Assembly: GCA_038087875.1 (NCBI GenBank)
Contig: CM075988.1
Coordinates: 10,790,001-10,854,000 of the forward strand
Direction of reading: 5' to 3'
Source: Malacoraja senta
Lineage: Eukaryota
Length of the DNA: 64,000 nt
A model generated the notes under the pieces. The model did no database searches. It was not told the origin of the DNA and worked only from the letters and a program-made list of their open reading frames with translations. How positions within the stretch are numbered: position 1 is the first letter of the stretch; each line of letters begins with the position of its first letter. This document shows positions 13,364 to 23,100 of this stretch, piece by piece. Made by a program: the position numbers and the translations under genes.

Positions 13364-15069
13364 CTGTAAAATGAGAAGTTAAGATTGTCATATGTCAGTT
13401 TAAAGTTGCATGCAGATGGAGCACAAAGACGCAGCAGAAATTTGGAAAAAGTCATCCCGTCACCCATTCCTTCTCTCCAGAGATGCTGCCTGCCCGCTGA
13501 GTTAAAGAGTGCCCACGGTAGACTCACGAGACACTAAGGTAAACTCATGGGCCACTGCGTTCTTACAACGAGTTTAAATGTTTCAATTTTTAACTTCAGC
13601 AGTACATTTTATTCGTGGAAAAGTTTAAACATGTTTGAATTTTTCCAAGAGTTAACAAGTGTCACGGGTACCTGCCGTTAGCGCCAAGAGTCGCTAAGTT
13701 GCGTCCACGAGTTCCGACGTTCCCGCTACGTTAATCGTACGTGATTACCACGAGTTAAATTTGTTTTAAGCTCGGGATACCTCGTGGGTCAGCTCGCACC
13801 GTGAGACAGGGGTTTAACAGTGCCAGAGACCCAGGTTCGATCCTGACCACGGGTGCTGCCTGTACGGAATTTTTACGTTCTCCCTGTGACTGCGTGGGTT
13901 TTCCCTGTGTGCTCCGGTTTCCTCCCACACTCCAAACATCTACAGGTTTGTTGGTTAATTGGCTTCTGTAAAATGTAAATTGTCCCTAGCATGTAGGATA
14001 GTGCCAGTATACGGGGTGATCACTGGTAGGCACGGATTTGCTGGGCCTGTTTCCAGGCTGTATCTCTAAAGTCTAAAGTCTGAAGGTTCGATTGATATTG
14101 TGGGGATCCCTTAAATCTGATTCCCTGCTCCTTCCAAAATGCATAGGTATGTTCAGATTTTGTTGTGCTCAGTTCCTAGAAGATGGCTTGATCCGACTGG
14201 CACACGGAAAGGTACTAACTGAACCACTTGGTGCAAAATGGGAAACAAATTGACTATCGCGACTATTGAGAGACCAAAAGGCTCACCAGTACACTCATTG
14301 GATAATCAGCTAATGGTGTATTCTATGTGATCTCTTGTCCAGATATTGGCACATTAGGGAGTTTTATTTCCACTGTAACTGAAACCAGCCAACTTGACAT
14401 AAATAATCAATCGACTAAAAGGTGGTCCCACATCGAGTGCCTTTACACCACAGCATGCCTTGTATCATATCTATCTCCCAAGTTGTCAGACAGGCTGACA
14501 GATTTTCTTCTCTCTAAGGAGCATTATCTTTTCCTTTACCAACATAGAACAGTACAGCACAGGGCCCTTTGGCCCACAATGTCACTGCTGAACTAATTGT
14601 ATCTACAATTGTGTATTTGTTTATTGAGTTTCTCTTTTTCACACATTAAAGCAACTTTCAGCACTGGAATTACTTTAAATTTAACAGTTAATTGATTTTA
14701 GTGGTGATTCGCAAATCTTTACGACAAATGGCATTTATGCCCATGCTTTACATAATAGCTGCATATGGCTTGCAATAAGATTTGAAACCCTGTCTCCACA
14801 GATGATGCTTTAAGTCATAAGGTCACAAGGAATAGAAGTAGAATTAGGCCATTTGACCCATCCAGTCTACTCCACCATTTGATCATGGCTGATCTATCTC
14901 TCCCTCCGAACCCCATTCTCCTGCTTACTCTCCATAACCTCTGACCCTGGTACCTCAAGTCCCAAGATTTGGTAACCTGCATTATTATGACTGGCTGAGG
15001 AGTCCAATACTTAGGCAATGATCATTTGGACATAAACAACAGCATAAAAGGATCAGATATATCTAAATT

Positions 15070-15270
15070 CAGATGCTGGTTTACAAAAAATGACACAAAG
15101 TGCTGGAATATCGCAGTAGGTCGGGCAGCAGCTCTGGAGGACATTTTAGACAAGGACCCTTGTAAGTGAGAGGAGTCAAAAGAGAAGTTGTTGATGGTCG
15201 GGTCCGACCAGAAACACCATCTACCTATGTCCTCCAGACACTGTGTGTTACTTCAACACTTTGTGTTCTT
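15070..15270. repeat. Degenerate fold-back Penelope pLTR-derived repeat
   Basis: GACACAAAGTGCTGG...CTCTGGAGGACAT and inverse ATGTCCTCCAGA...CACTTTGTGT. Confidence 0.55.
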
Positions 15271-15487
15271 TTATTTAAACTATAAGATTTTACTTCGGAG
15301 TCACGTGAGTGACTACGTGAAGAACCCGTCCAGCACGCATGCGCGACATGAGCGTTCACGCAGTGCAACAGCGACGAACGGGAGTACAAGCTTAAAAAGG
15401 CGGACCGTCAGGTAAGTACTTACTCTAAGGTCGTAATTGGAAAACTTTGCTCTGCTTTGTGTACTCCAGATCGGGAAAAGCTGGAAA

Positions 15488-16716
15488 ATGAGCAAAGCAC
15501 GACAAGGAAAAAGACCGCCCCCCCCGTTCGACTCCAACAGAACAGGAGCGTTCCATCAGTGGGGGGGCGAGAGGCGGCACCTGGACCGCACATGCTGCGG
15601 TCCACAATCATTGATACCGAGCCAAGCCCAGTACCGCTAGCGCAGGCTGACCAACAGCAGCGGACTGGAGGCAAATCAAAACGGAAAACTAACCGGCCAG
15701 TAATCTCTGATGACTCCGACGAGGAAGACTCTCCGCCTGAGAGCGGCAGAGGTAGCCGCCTGAGCCGCATGGAAAGGCTCATGGAGCAAATGCTCCAGCG
15801 AGACTTGCTTCGGGAGCTGGAGCAGTCTCGCCAAGGGAGTTCAGGCACTCCCGCACCAGTGCCTTACAATGCACTGCCCATCGCTTACCCCTCAGCCGAG
15901 GGCAGCGTTGGCGACCCGAGCTGGGCTGGTCAGGAACAGGGGTCACTGGCTGAAGATGTCGGGAGTACGCACGGGGTACAGGACCAGGAAGAGCTGCTGG
16001 GTGTGGTGAATCGCTACGTGGCTACACCACGAGCAGGGCTGCCGTTGCAGCCAAAACTGGTGGCCAACATTGATTACCTGTCCATCAAACCCCTACAAGA
16101 ACAGGTAGTCAATGAGGCACTAGAACTCTACTCGCCTCCGGAGAAATGCATTTCGCTCAACGTACCGGCCGTCAACAGCCAAATCTGGGGGTACGTTGGG
16201 CAGAGTATCCGGAACCAGGAACTAAAATTGCAGCGTATCCTCAAGCTCCTGACGTCAGCCATAACATCCTATGCTCGTTCCGTGGATGGGGTGGACATGA
16301 CCACCAACCAGCAAGACACTCTGGCTCTGCTGAGTAACACCCAATACGAAATAAACAACCTCCGCATGGAGATAATAAGACCTGCCCTCAATCACAAATT
16401 TGCAGGACAGTGCAAAACACCGGCCTCAGAGCCACAGATCCTGTTATTTGGTAAGGACTTGTCAAAACAAGTAAAAGACCTAGAGGAAGAGTCCAAAGCA
16501 TTCGGCCTCATCAGGGCAGGCCCCGGAACGAGCAGACCCACACAACCCAGACGGCAGTACCCCACCGCGTCTACCAGTCGACGTCAAACTCATGGGACTG
16601 GTGAAAGCTCGGGGTCCGCATACCATCCCCGAAAGCCTTTTTTATGCCAGGGCCCAGAGCGGACCCCATGGAAAATGCGCCACCCCCAACCAGCAGTACA
16701 TCCAGCAGCACAATGA
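15488..16716 (+). CDS. DIRS gag-like ORF1 (probable 1-nt frameshift near the start)
   Basis: 419-codon open frame 15457-16716 with P-x(n)-VN-x-x-IW and LLFGKDL motifs typical of DIRS ORF1; ATG at 15488 (MSKARQG) joins the long frame if one A is added in GGAAAAAG (inference). Confidence 0.75.
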
Positions 16717-18674
16717 CGGGTGAAGAAACCGAAGAAAGGAACACTCCCATAACTACGGAGGTAGGTTGGTCTGGTTCCTACCAGCATATAAAAAGTGGGG
16801 GAACTGTACTTACAGGGGGGAGATTACACCTGTTCATGGAAGCATGGAGGTCTATCACGAATGATAGTTATATACTTAACAGTATTCGTGGATACAAAAT
16901 AGAATTTATTCAAGAAAATATGCCACCAGTTCAGCATGCACCCCAAAGGGTCTTTACCCTCTCAGTCAAAGAAAAACTAGAGGGTCAAGCAGAACTGGTG
17001 AGGTTACTTACAAAGGGTATCATTGAGAAATCCAAACATGAACCTTTGGAATTTGTCTCAAATATATTTACCAAAAACAAAAAAGATGGTGAATGTCGCA
17101 TCATCATTGACTTAACCTCACTAAATACCTTTGTTAAGTATATACATTTCAAAATGGAAACATTTGTAACTGCCAAACAACTGATTTCCAAAGGATACTT
17201 TATGGCAAGCATCGATTTAAAAGATGCCTACTATTCAGTACCCATTCAAAAGGATCATCGCAGATACCTGAAATTTACCTGGATGGGGCAACTATGGCAG
17301 TTTAAAGCGTTGCCTAATGGGTTAACATCAGCCCCAAGACTATTTACCAAGATATTAAAACCAGCCTTGGCAACATTAAGAAAACAGAGACATATAGTCA
17401 TGGCATATCTTGATGATATTCTAATAGTAGGCAAAACCATGGAATTGGCTAAATCAGCTGTATTAGCTACCAAACAATTGTTTGAAACCCTGGGATTTGT
17501 CTTACATCCAGATAAATCTAAGTTGAAGCCATCCACAACTATGGACTATCTGGGATTCACAATTAACTCAGTCCACATGTCTGTAACGTTGCCAAAAGAT
17601 AAAGCAGCAGAATTGGCACAGACGTGTATCAATTTAATAGTTAGCAATCGACCAACCATCCGACAAGTGGCAAGAGTAATTGGCAAAATGGTAGCAGCAT
17701 TTCCAGCTACACAATTTGGACCCCTGCACTATCAAAACCTACAAAGGGCAAAAGTACAGGCGTTAAAACGACATGCAGGTCACTTTGACCGAACCATGAA
17801 ATTACCCATTGAAGCAATATCAGAGTTACAGTGGTGGATAGAGCACATTTGGCATAGTTCCAGCCCTATCATCATCAATAACCCAACATTAATTATACAA
17901 ACAGATGCCAGTGCTCAAGGCTGGGGAGCAACTAATACCATATCCAGCACAGGTGGTAGATGGACTAACCTAGAATCATCTTCACTACAAACACTGGGCA
18001 TAAATTACTTGGAAATGTTGGGTGCGTTTTATGGTTTAAAAGCATATTCTACGAATATGCATCATTTGCATGTTCGTTTACAAATTGATAATACCACGGT
18101 GGTGGCCAATATTAACCATATGGGCGGAATAAAATCGATATCATGTGACAATTTGGTCAACAAAATCTGGCAATGGTGTGTCGATAGACATATTTGGCTA
18201 TCAGCAACTTACCTACCAGTGGCAGACACCAGGTCACGCAAATTCAGTGATAACACCGAATGGATGTTAATTCCTATAGCTTTTGCTAAAATTACAAAGC
18301 AATATGGCACACCAGATATCGATCTCTTTGCATCCAGACTAAATCACCAGGTACCAATGTATGTCGCTTGGGAACCAGACCCTGAGGCAGCAGCGATAGA
18401 TGCATTCGCGCTGAACTGGGGAAACTATTTATTTTATGTTTTTCCCCCCTTCTGCCTCATCAGTAGGGTACTACGCAAAATACAGATGGACTCTGCTTCA
18501 GGTATTTTGATAGTACCCGACTGGCCTACACAGCCATGGTTCCCAGTGGTCCTCGACATGGTCATCGAAACTCCTATGACCTTTCCCAGTAGCCCAGACC
18601 TATTGACTCACCCGGTATCAGGCATAAGTCATCCATGCCATGACAAAATTAACCTACTGGGTTGCAGATTATGA
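16644..18674 (+). CDS. DIRS pol: reverse transcriptase, RNase H and N6-adenine methyltransferase-like domain
   Basis: IDLKDAY, LPNGLTSAPRLFTK, YLDD; RNase H TDAS, INYLEM, DNTT, ADTRSR; C-terminal DLFASRLN...YVFPPF...PDWPTQPW. Start codon uncertain. Confidence 0.93.
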   Translation: MPGPRADPMENAPPPTSSTSSSTMTGEETEERNTPITTEVGWSGSYQHIKSGGTVLTGGRLHLFMEAWRSITNDSYILNSIRGYKIEFIQENMPPVQHAPQRVFTLSVKEKLEGQAELVRLLTKGIIEKSKHEPLEFVSNIFTKNKKDGECRIIIDLTSLNTFVKYIHFKMETFVTAKQLISKGYFMASIDLKDAYYSVPIQKDHRRYLKFTWMGQLWQFKALPNGLTSAPRLFTKILKPALATLRKQRHIVMAYLDDILIVGKTMELAKSAVLATKQLFETLGFVLHPDKSKLKPSTTMDYLGFTINSVHMSVTLPKDKAAELAQTCINLIVSNRPTIRQVARVIGKMVAAFPATQFGPLHYQNLQRAKVQALKRHAGHFDRTMKLPIEAISELQWWIEHIWHSSSPIIINNPTLIIQTDASAQGWGATNTISSTGGRWTNLESSSLQTLGINYLEMLGAFYGLKAYSTNMHHLHVRLQIDNTTVVANINHMGGIKSISCDNLVNKIWQWCVDRHIWLSATYLPVADTRSRKFSDNTEWMLIPIAFAKITKQYGTPDIDLFASRLNHQVPMYVAWEPDPEAAAIDAFALNWGNYLFYVFPPFCLISRVLRKIQMDSASGILIVPDWPTQPWFPVVLDMVIETPMTFPSSPDLLTHPVSGISHPCHDKINLLGCRL

Positions 18675-19648
18675 AAAGACCACTGCTGGGCCTGGCATTT
18701 TCTGACAGGACCATCAACACGATGACAGCGTCCCACCGTATGTCCCCCAGGAAACAATACCTATCGAGCATCAGGAAGTGGGAAAGATACTGCTCGAATA
18801 CTGGGACAACATACTCATCTACAAACATAACCAATGTACTGGAGTTCCTGGCCGGCCTTCACCATAATGAAGGACTGAGCTACAGCGCCATCAATACTGC
18901 CAGAAGTGCTCTGTCAGCCTACTTAAAACAGGCACCAGGACAACAGGCCATAGGGTCTCACCCGCTGGTGATCAAACTCATGAGGGTTATATTCAACTCC
19001 AACCCCCCTAGACCTAGGTATACCCAAATCTGGGATGTCAGTGTGGTCCTGACATACCTAAGGGGATGGTCACCAGCCAGGTCTCTCACCCTGGAACAGC
19101 TAACCCTGAAAACGGTCATGCTGATGGCACTAGTCTCAGCACAAAGAGTCCAGTCCCTCCACTTACTGCAACTGGACAACATGATTATATCACCAGACGG
19201 TGTCTCATTCACCATTCAGGAGCTGGTAAAGCAGAGCAGGCCAGGAACTTCAGGCCTAGTTATGGATTTCCGGGCATACCCACCTAATCCACGGTTGTGT
19301 GTCATGACTCACCTACTCACTTACATCAACACAACAAGAGATTCCCGAGGGAGAGAAAAAGCCTTATGGGTCAGTCACAAGAAACCTCATGGTCGGGTGT
19401 CGAGCCAAACCATCTCAAGATGGCTCAAGCAGGTACTGGGAGCTGCTGGAGTAGATACTGACGTATATACATCTCACTCCACTAGGGCAGCATCCACATC
19501 GGCGGCTAAAAGAATGGATGTACCACTAGACCACATCCTGGCTACAGCGGGGTGGTCCATGGAGAAAACGTTCCAAACGTTCTACAACAAGCCGCTAGCA
19601 GAACCTGTGTTATTTGCAGAAAGAGTTTTAGAATCTGCAAATATATAA
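18662..19648 (+). CDS. DIRS tyrosine recombinase
   Basis: SAQRVQ (R), HSTRAASTS (HxxR), AGWS and FQTFYNK (Y); SAM-like N-terminal region GLSYSAINTARSALS. Confidence 0.93.
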   Translation: MQIMKRPLLGLAFSDRTINTMTASHRMSPRKQYLSSIRKWERYCSNTGTTYSSTNITNVLEFLAGLHHNEGLSYSAINTARSALSAYLKQAPGQQAIGSHPLVIKLMRVIFNSNPPRPRYTQIWDVSVVLTYLRGWSPARSLTLEQLTLKTVMLMALVSAQRVQSLHLLQLDNMIISPDGVSFTIQELVKQSRPGTSGLVMDFRAYPPNPRLCVMTHLLTYINTTRDSRGREKALWVSHKKPHGRVSSQTISRWLKQVLGAAGVDTDVYTSHSTRAASTSAAKRMDVPLDHILATAGWSMEKTFQTFYNKPLAEPVLFAERVLESANI

Positions 19649-19814
19649 TTTAAGCCCGGGGGAGCATTTTTCTTTTGTTATTGTTTAATAAATACCATTA
19701 TTGTTTACAAACAGATTCATGGTTGATTACGATAACATACTTCCTCCCTTGAATGACTTCGGCAGCGAGTGAAGTATGAACTGTTACACGGTTTCAAATC
19801 ACAGAGCTTTAAAA

Positions 19815-19924
19815 TCTTCACGTAGTCACTCACGTGACTCTGAAGTAAAATAGTAAGATTAAACGAGAACTTACCAGTTTGAAGTTTGATCTGTATTTTA
19901 TGAGGAGTTACGATGAGGGATTAC
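19815..19924 (+). repeat. DIRS internal complementary region (ICR)
   Basis: 19815-19851 is the reverse complement of the element's first 37 nt (1 mismatch); the rest is the reverse complement of the 3' terminus once the L1 is removed. Confidence 0.92.
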
Positions 19925-20126
19925 ATGCCCTCCGCTCCCACCCTCAATTATAGAGATCAACTGGTATCTTAGTTCTCCTTTTCTTTACTATGTTTATTTC
20001 AATTATTGTGCTTCCTGTGATTCCACACCGCTGCTTTGAAGTATGTCGCGCATGCGTGCTGGACGGGTTCTTCGCGTAATCCCTCATCCTAACGCCTCAT
20101 AAAATACAGATTAAACTTCAAACTGG

Positions 20127-23100
20127 AGGGGATGAGAAACGAGCTCCTGGCTTATGTCCAGGAGCACGTCTCGTTAACCCCTTCAACCAACAGTTGATTC
20201 TTATTGAAATCAAAAATATTGGTTTAATAATTAAACTCCGATATATATATATATGTTATAAGGAAATATCAGGGTAAAATTGTATTATATATCTGAATGT
20301 GAGGCCTCGTTTTAATATTTTAATATGTTATGATTAACTAAGAGAGCGGAGCTATTTGAGTAACAACGCAATGGAAGTCAAAACAAGGTTTTTTCCCACC
20401 TACAGGTGGGACACTCGCTACAGTGCCGACTATATCAGACACTGTAGCCTCACTTTTTTAGTTTTTTTTTTACCACATAAAATCACTTGTTTGTGTTTTG
20501 TGTTTAGTGATAAGAGTAAAATGGACATACCAGCAAAAGTTAATAATTCAAAAACTCCCCCAATACCTAAAGACCTGGGACATGGACGCACCACAAGATT
20601 CAAAGGTACTATAATTATTCAAAATGCATGACACCACACAAAAGAACCTAGGAGGAATCTCATTTTGTAGTTGGAATATAAGAGGTATTAACGAACCTAT
20701 CAAAAGGGGTAAGATATTAGCTCAGCTAAAAATGTACAATTCTGACATTACCTTCCTACAAGAAACACACCTAAAACCTCAGGATCAAGTTAGGCTGAGG
20801 GCGAAATGGATAGGTCAAACATACCATTCTTCATTTACTTCAAAATCTAGAGACACGTCAATTATCATAAGAAAAGGTATACCATTTAAAGCAAAGAATA
20901 TTATAACAGATATAGAAGGGAGATACCTAATAGTTAATGGAGAAATCCATGACACTCCACTTACTTTGGTAAATATATATGCCCCTAACTTTGATAACCC
21001 CCACTTTTTCAATAAAATCTTCAATATAATTGCAGAGTCAAACTATCAAAATGTTATAATAGGCGGAGACTTTAACAGTGTTTTAGATCCGTACTTAGAT
21101 AAATCAAGTCAAAAACAGAGAGGGAATATGAAATCGAAAACTGGGGAACTCCTCAATACCTATATAAATAACACTAATATAGCAGATGTTTGGAGAATTG
21201 TGAATCCAACTGGCAGGGAATATTCGTTTTACTCAATGGTACATAAGACATACTCACGTATAGACTACTTTCTGCTGGATACAAAATTAATCCCCCAAAC
21301 ATCTAATGCAATATACCATACAAATTCAATTTCAGACCATTCTCCACTAACTTTCTTTTTAAAACTGGAAGGATTGTCTAAGAATAAATCATTCTGGAGA
21401 TTTAACTCTCAAATTTTAAAAGATCCACAAGCGAGTATATATTTAAAAGAACAAATGGAGGTCTTTTTTCAAACAAATGATACTTCAGATATATCGCCTA
21501 CTTTATTTTGGGAATCTTTTAAAGCATACATTAGGGGTATTATAATTTCATATCAAGCTTTTCAAAATAAAAAGAATAAGAATGAACAAAGACAGTTAGA
21601 AGAACTTATTAGACAAATGGATATAGATAATGCTAAAGATCCATCAATAGATAAACATAATAAAATAATAATTTTAAAATTTAAATTAAATAAATTATTA
21701 TCTGCCAAACTTATAAGACTTTTTCAAATTACAAAACAAGAGCACTTTGAATTTGGGGATAAACCGCATAAACTTTTGGCTCGTCAGCTAAAAAAACGAG
21801 AAAAGGAACATACTATACCAAAGATCAAATCAGATAAAGGGGAATTATTAACAACACCGAAGGATATTAATAAAAGATTTGCGCAATTTTACGAGAATTT
21901 GTATACATCTAAAACGATAATTGATTCCAATAATATCACAAAGTTCTTGGATACCTGTAATCTTCCAAAGTTAGAGCTGAAGGAACAAGAGGAACTGGGT
22001 GCACAAATCTCAATTAAGGAATTAGAAGATACAATAAACTCATTAAAGAATGGAAAAACACCAGGCCCTGATGGATTTACTAATGAATTTTATAAAAGCT
22101 TTTATGATAAAATAATACCAAGATTACAAAAAATGTACCAATACGCTTTTAAAAAACGAATACTACCTGATACATTAGCGGAATCAACGATTACATTAAT
22201 ACCTAAGAAAAATAAAGATTTAGAAGAACCTGGCTCATATAGAGCTATAGCATTGTTAAACACAGATCAAAAAATATTAGCGAAAACATTAGCTAGAAGA
22301 TTAAGTAAATACATTAGTAAATTAATAAACCCAGATCAGACAGGGTTTATCCCTAAGAGATACTCTTCTAATAATATGAGACGTCTACTCAACATAATGC
22401 ACTCACACAAATCTGAAGATCAAGAATTATCAATTATTTCGCTGGATGCTGAAAAAGCATTTGATCAAGTAGAATGGAATTATATGGATAAAGTATTACA
22501 AAAATTTCAACTGGGAGAGAATTTTATTTTATGGATTAAGTTACTATATAACAAACCTACAGCTAGAATACTTACTAATAACATATTATCCTCGAAATTT
22601 CAACTATCAAGGGGAAATAGACAAGGATGCTCATTATCACCACAGCTGTTTGCTCTCATTATTGAACCGCTAGCAGAAAAAATTAGAATACACCCTGATA
22701 TTCATGGATATAATACTAAAGACTCATATAATAAAATATCTTTATACGCGGATGATATATTATTGTATATTACAAAACCTCAAATCACTATACCAAATAT
22801 ATTAAATTTAATTGAAGACTTCGGATCTTTTTCAGGATATAGAATAAATTGGAATAAAAGTGAAATTATGTCAATAAAACTGAAAGATTCAACACATCTT
22901 TTAAAATTCCCTTTTAAAATAGCTACAGAAAAATTTAAATATTTGGGAATCGAAATTACCAGAACATATCAAGGTATGTTCAGGGCAAATTTTGACCCCC
23001 TACTTAATAAACTAAATACATTAATTAAATTCTGGAAAACGCTCCCGATGTCTTTAATAGGCCGAATATACGCAATAAAAATGATCTTTTTACCACAAAT

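Larger units (their letters stand above)
11094..13814 (+). mobile_element. Non-autonomous PIF/Harbinger element, copy 1, carrying captured host DNA
   Basis: 34-bp TIRs AAGCCCTGTCTCACGGTGCGAGTTGACCCACGAG / CTCGTGGGTCAGCTCGCACCGTGAGACAGGGGTT (2 mismatches), flanks TTA/TAA; ~200-bp left and ~370-bp right subterminal regions shared with 32277-34462, which retains a Harbinger transposase remnant. Confidence 0.85.
11058..14080 (+). mobile_element. HE1-type V-SINE (11058-11093 and 13815-14080) interrupted by a Harbinger element
   Basis: tRNA-like head CAGTGGCGCAG...GTTGCTGCCTTA stops at 11093 and resumes CAGTGCCAGAGACCCAGGTTCGATCC (B-box) at 13818. Confidence 0.85.

Noticed and set aside
12747..13391. 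Pentraxin as a functional resident gene
   Set aside because: In-frame stop, no signal-peptide exon, and it lies between transposon TIRs inside a SINE.
11091..13817. TTAA TSD suggesting piggyBac or Kolobok for copy 1
   Set aside because: Copy 2 fixes the termini with a 3-bp TAA TSD and has a Harbinger transposase remnant.
20356..20631. 91-aa ORF before L1 ORF2
   Set aside because: Inter-ORF spacer; no resemblance to L1 ORF1, whose probable last codons end near 20197.
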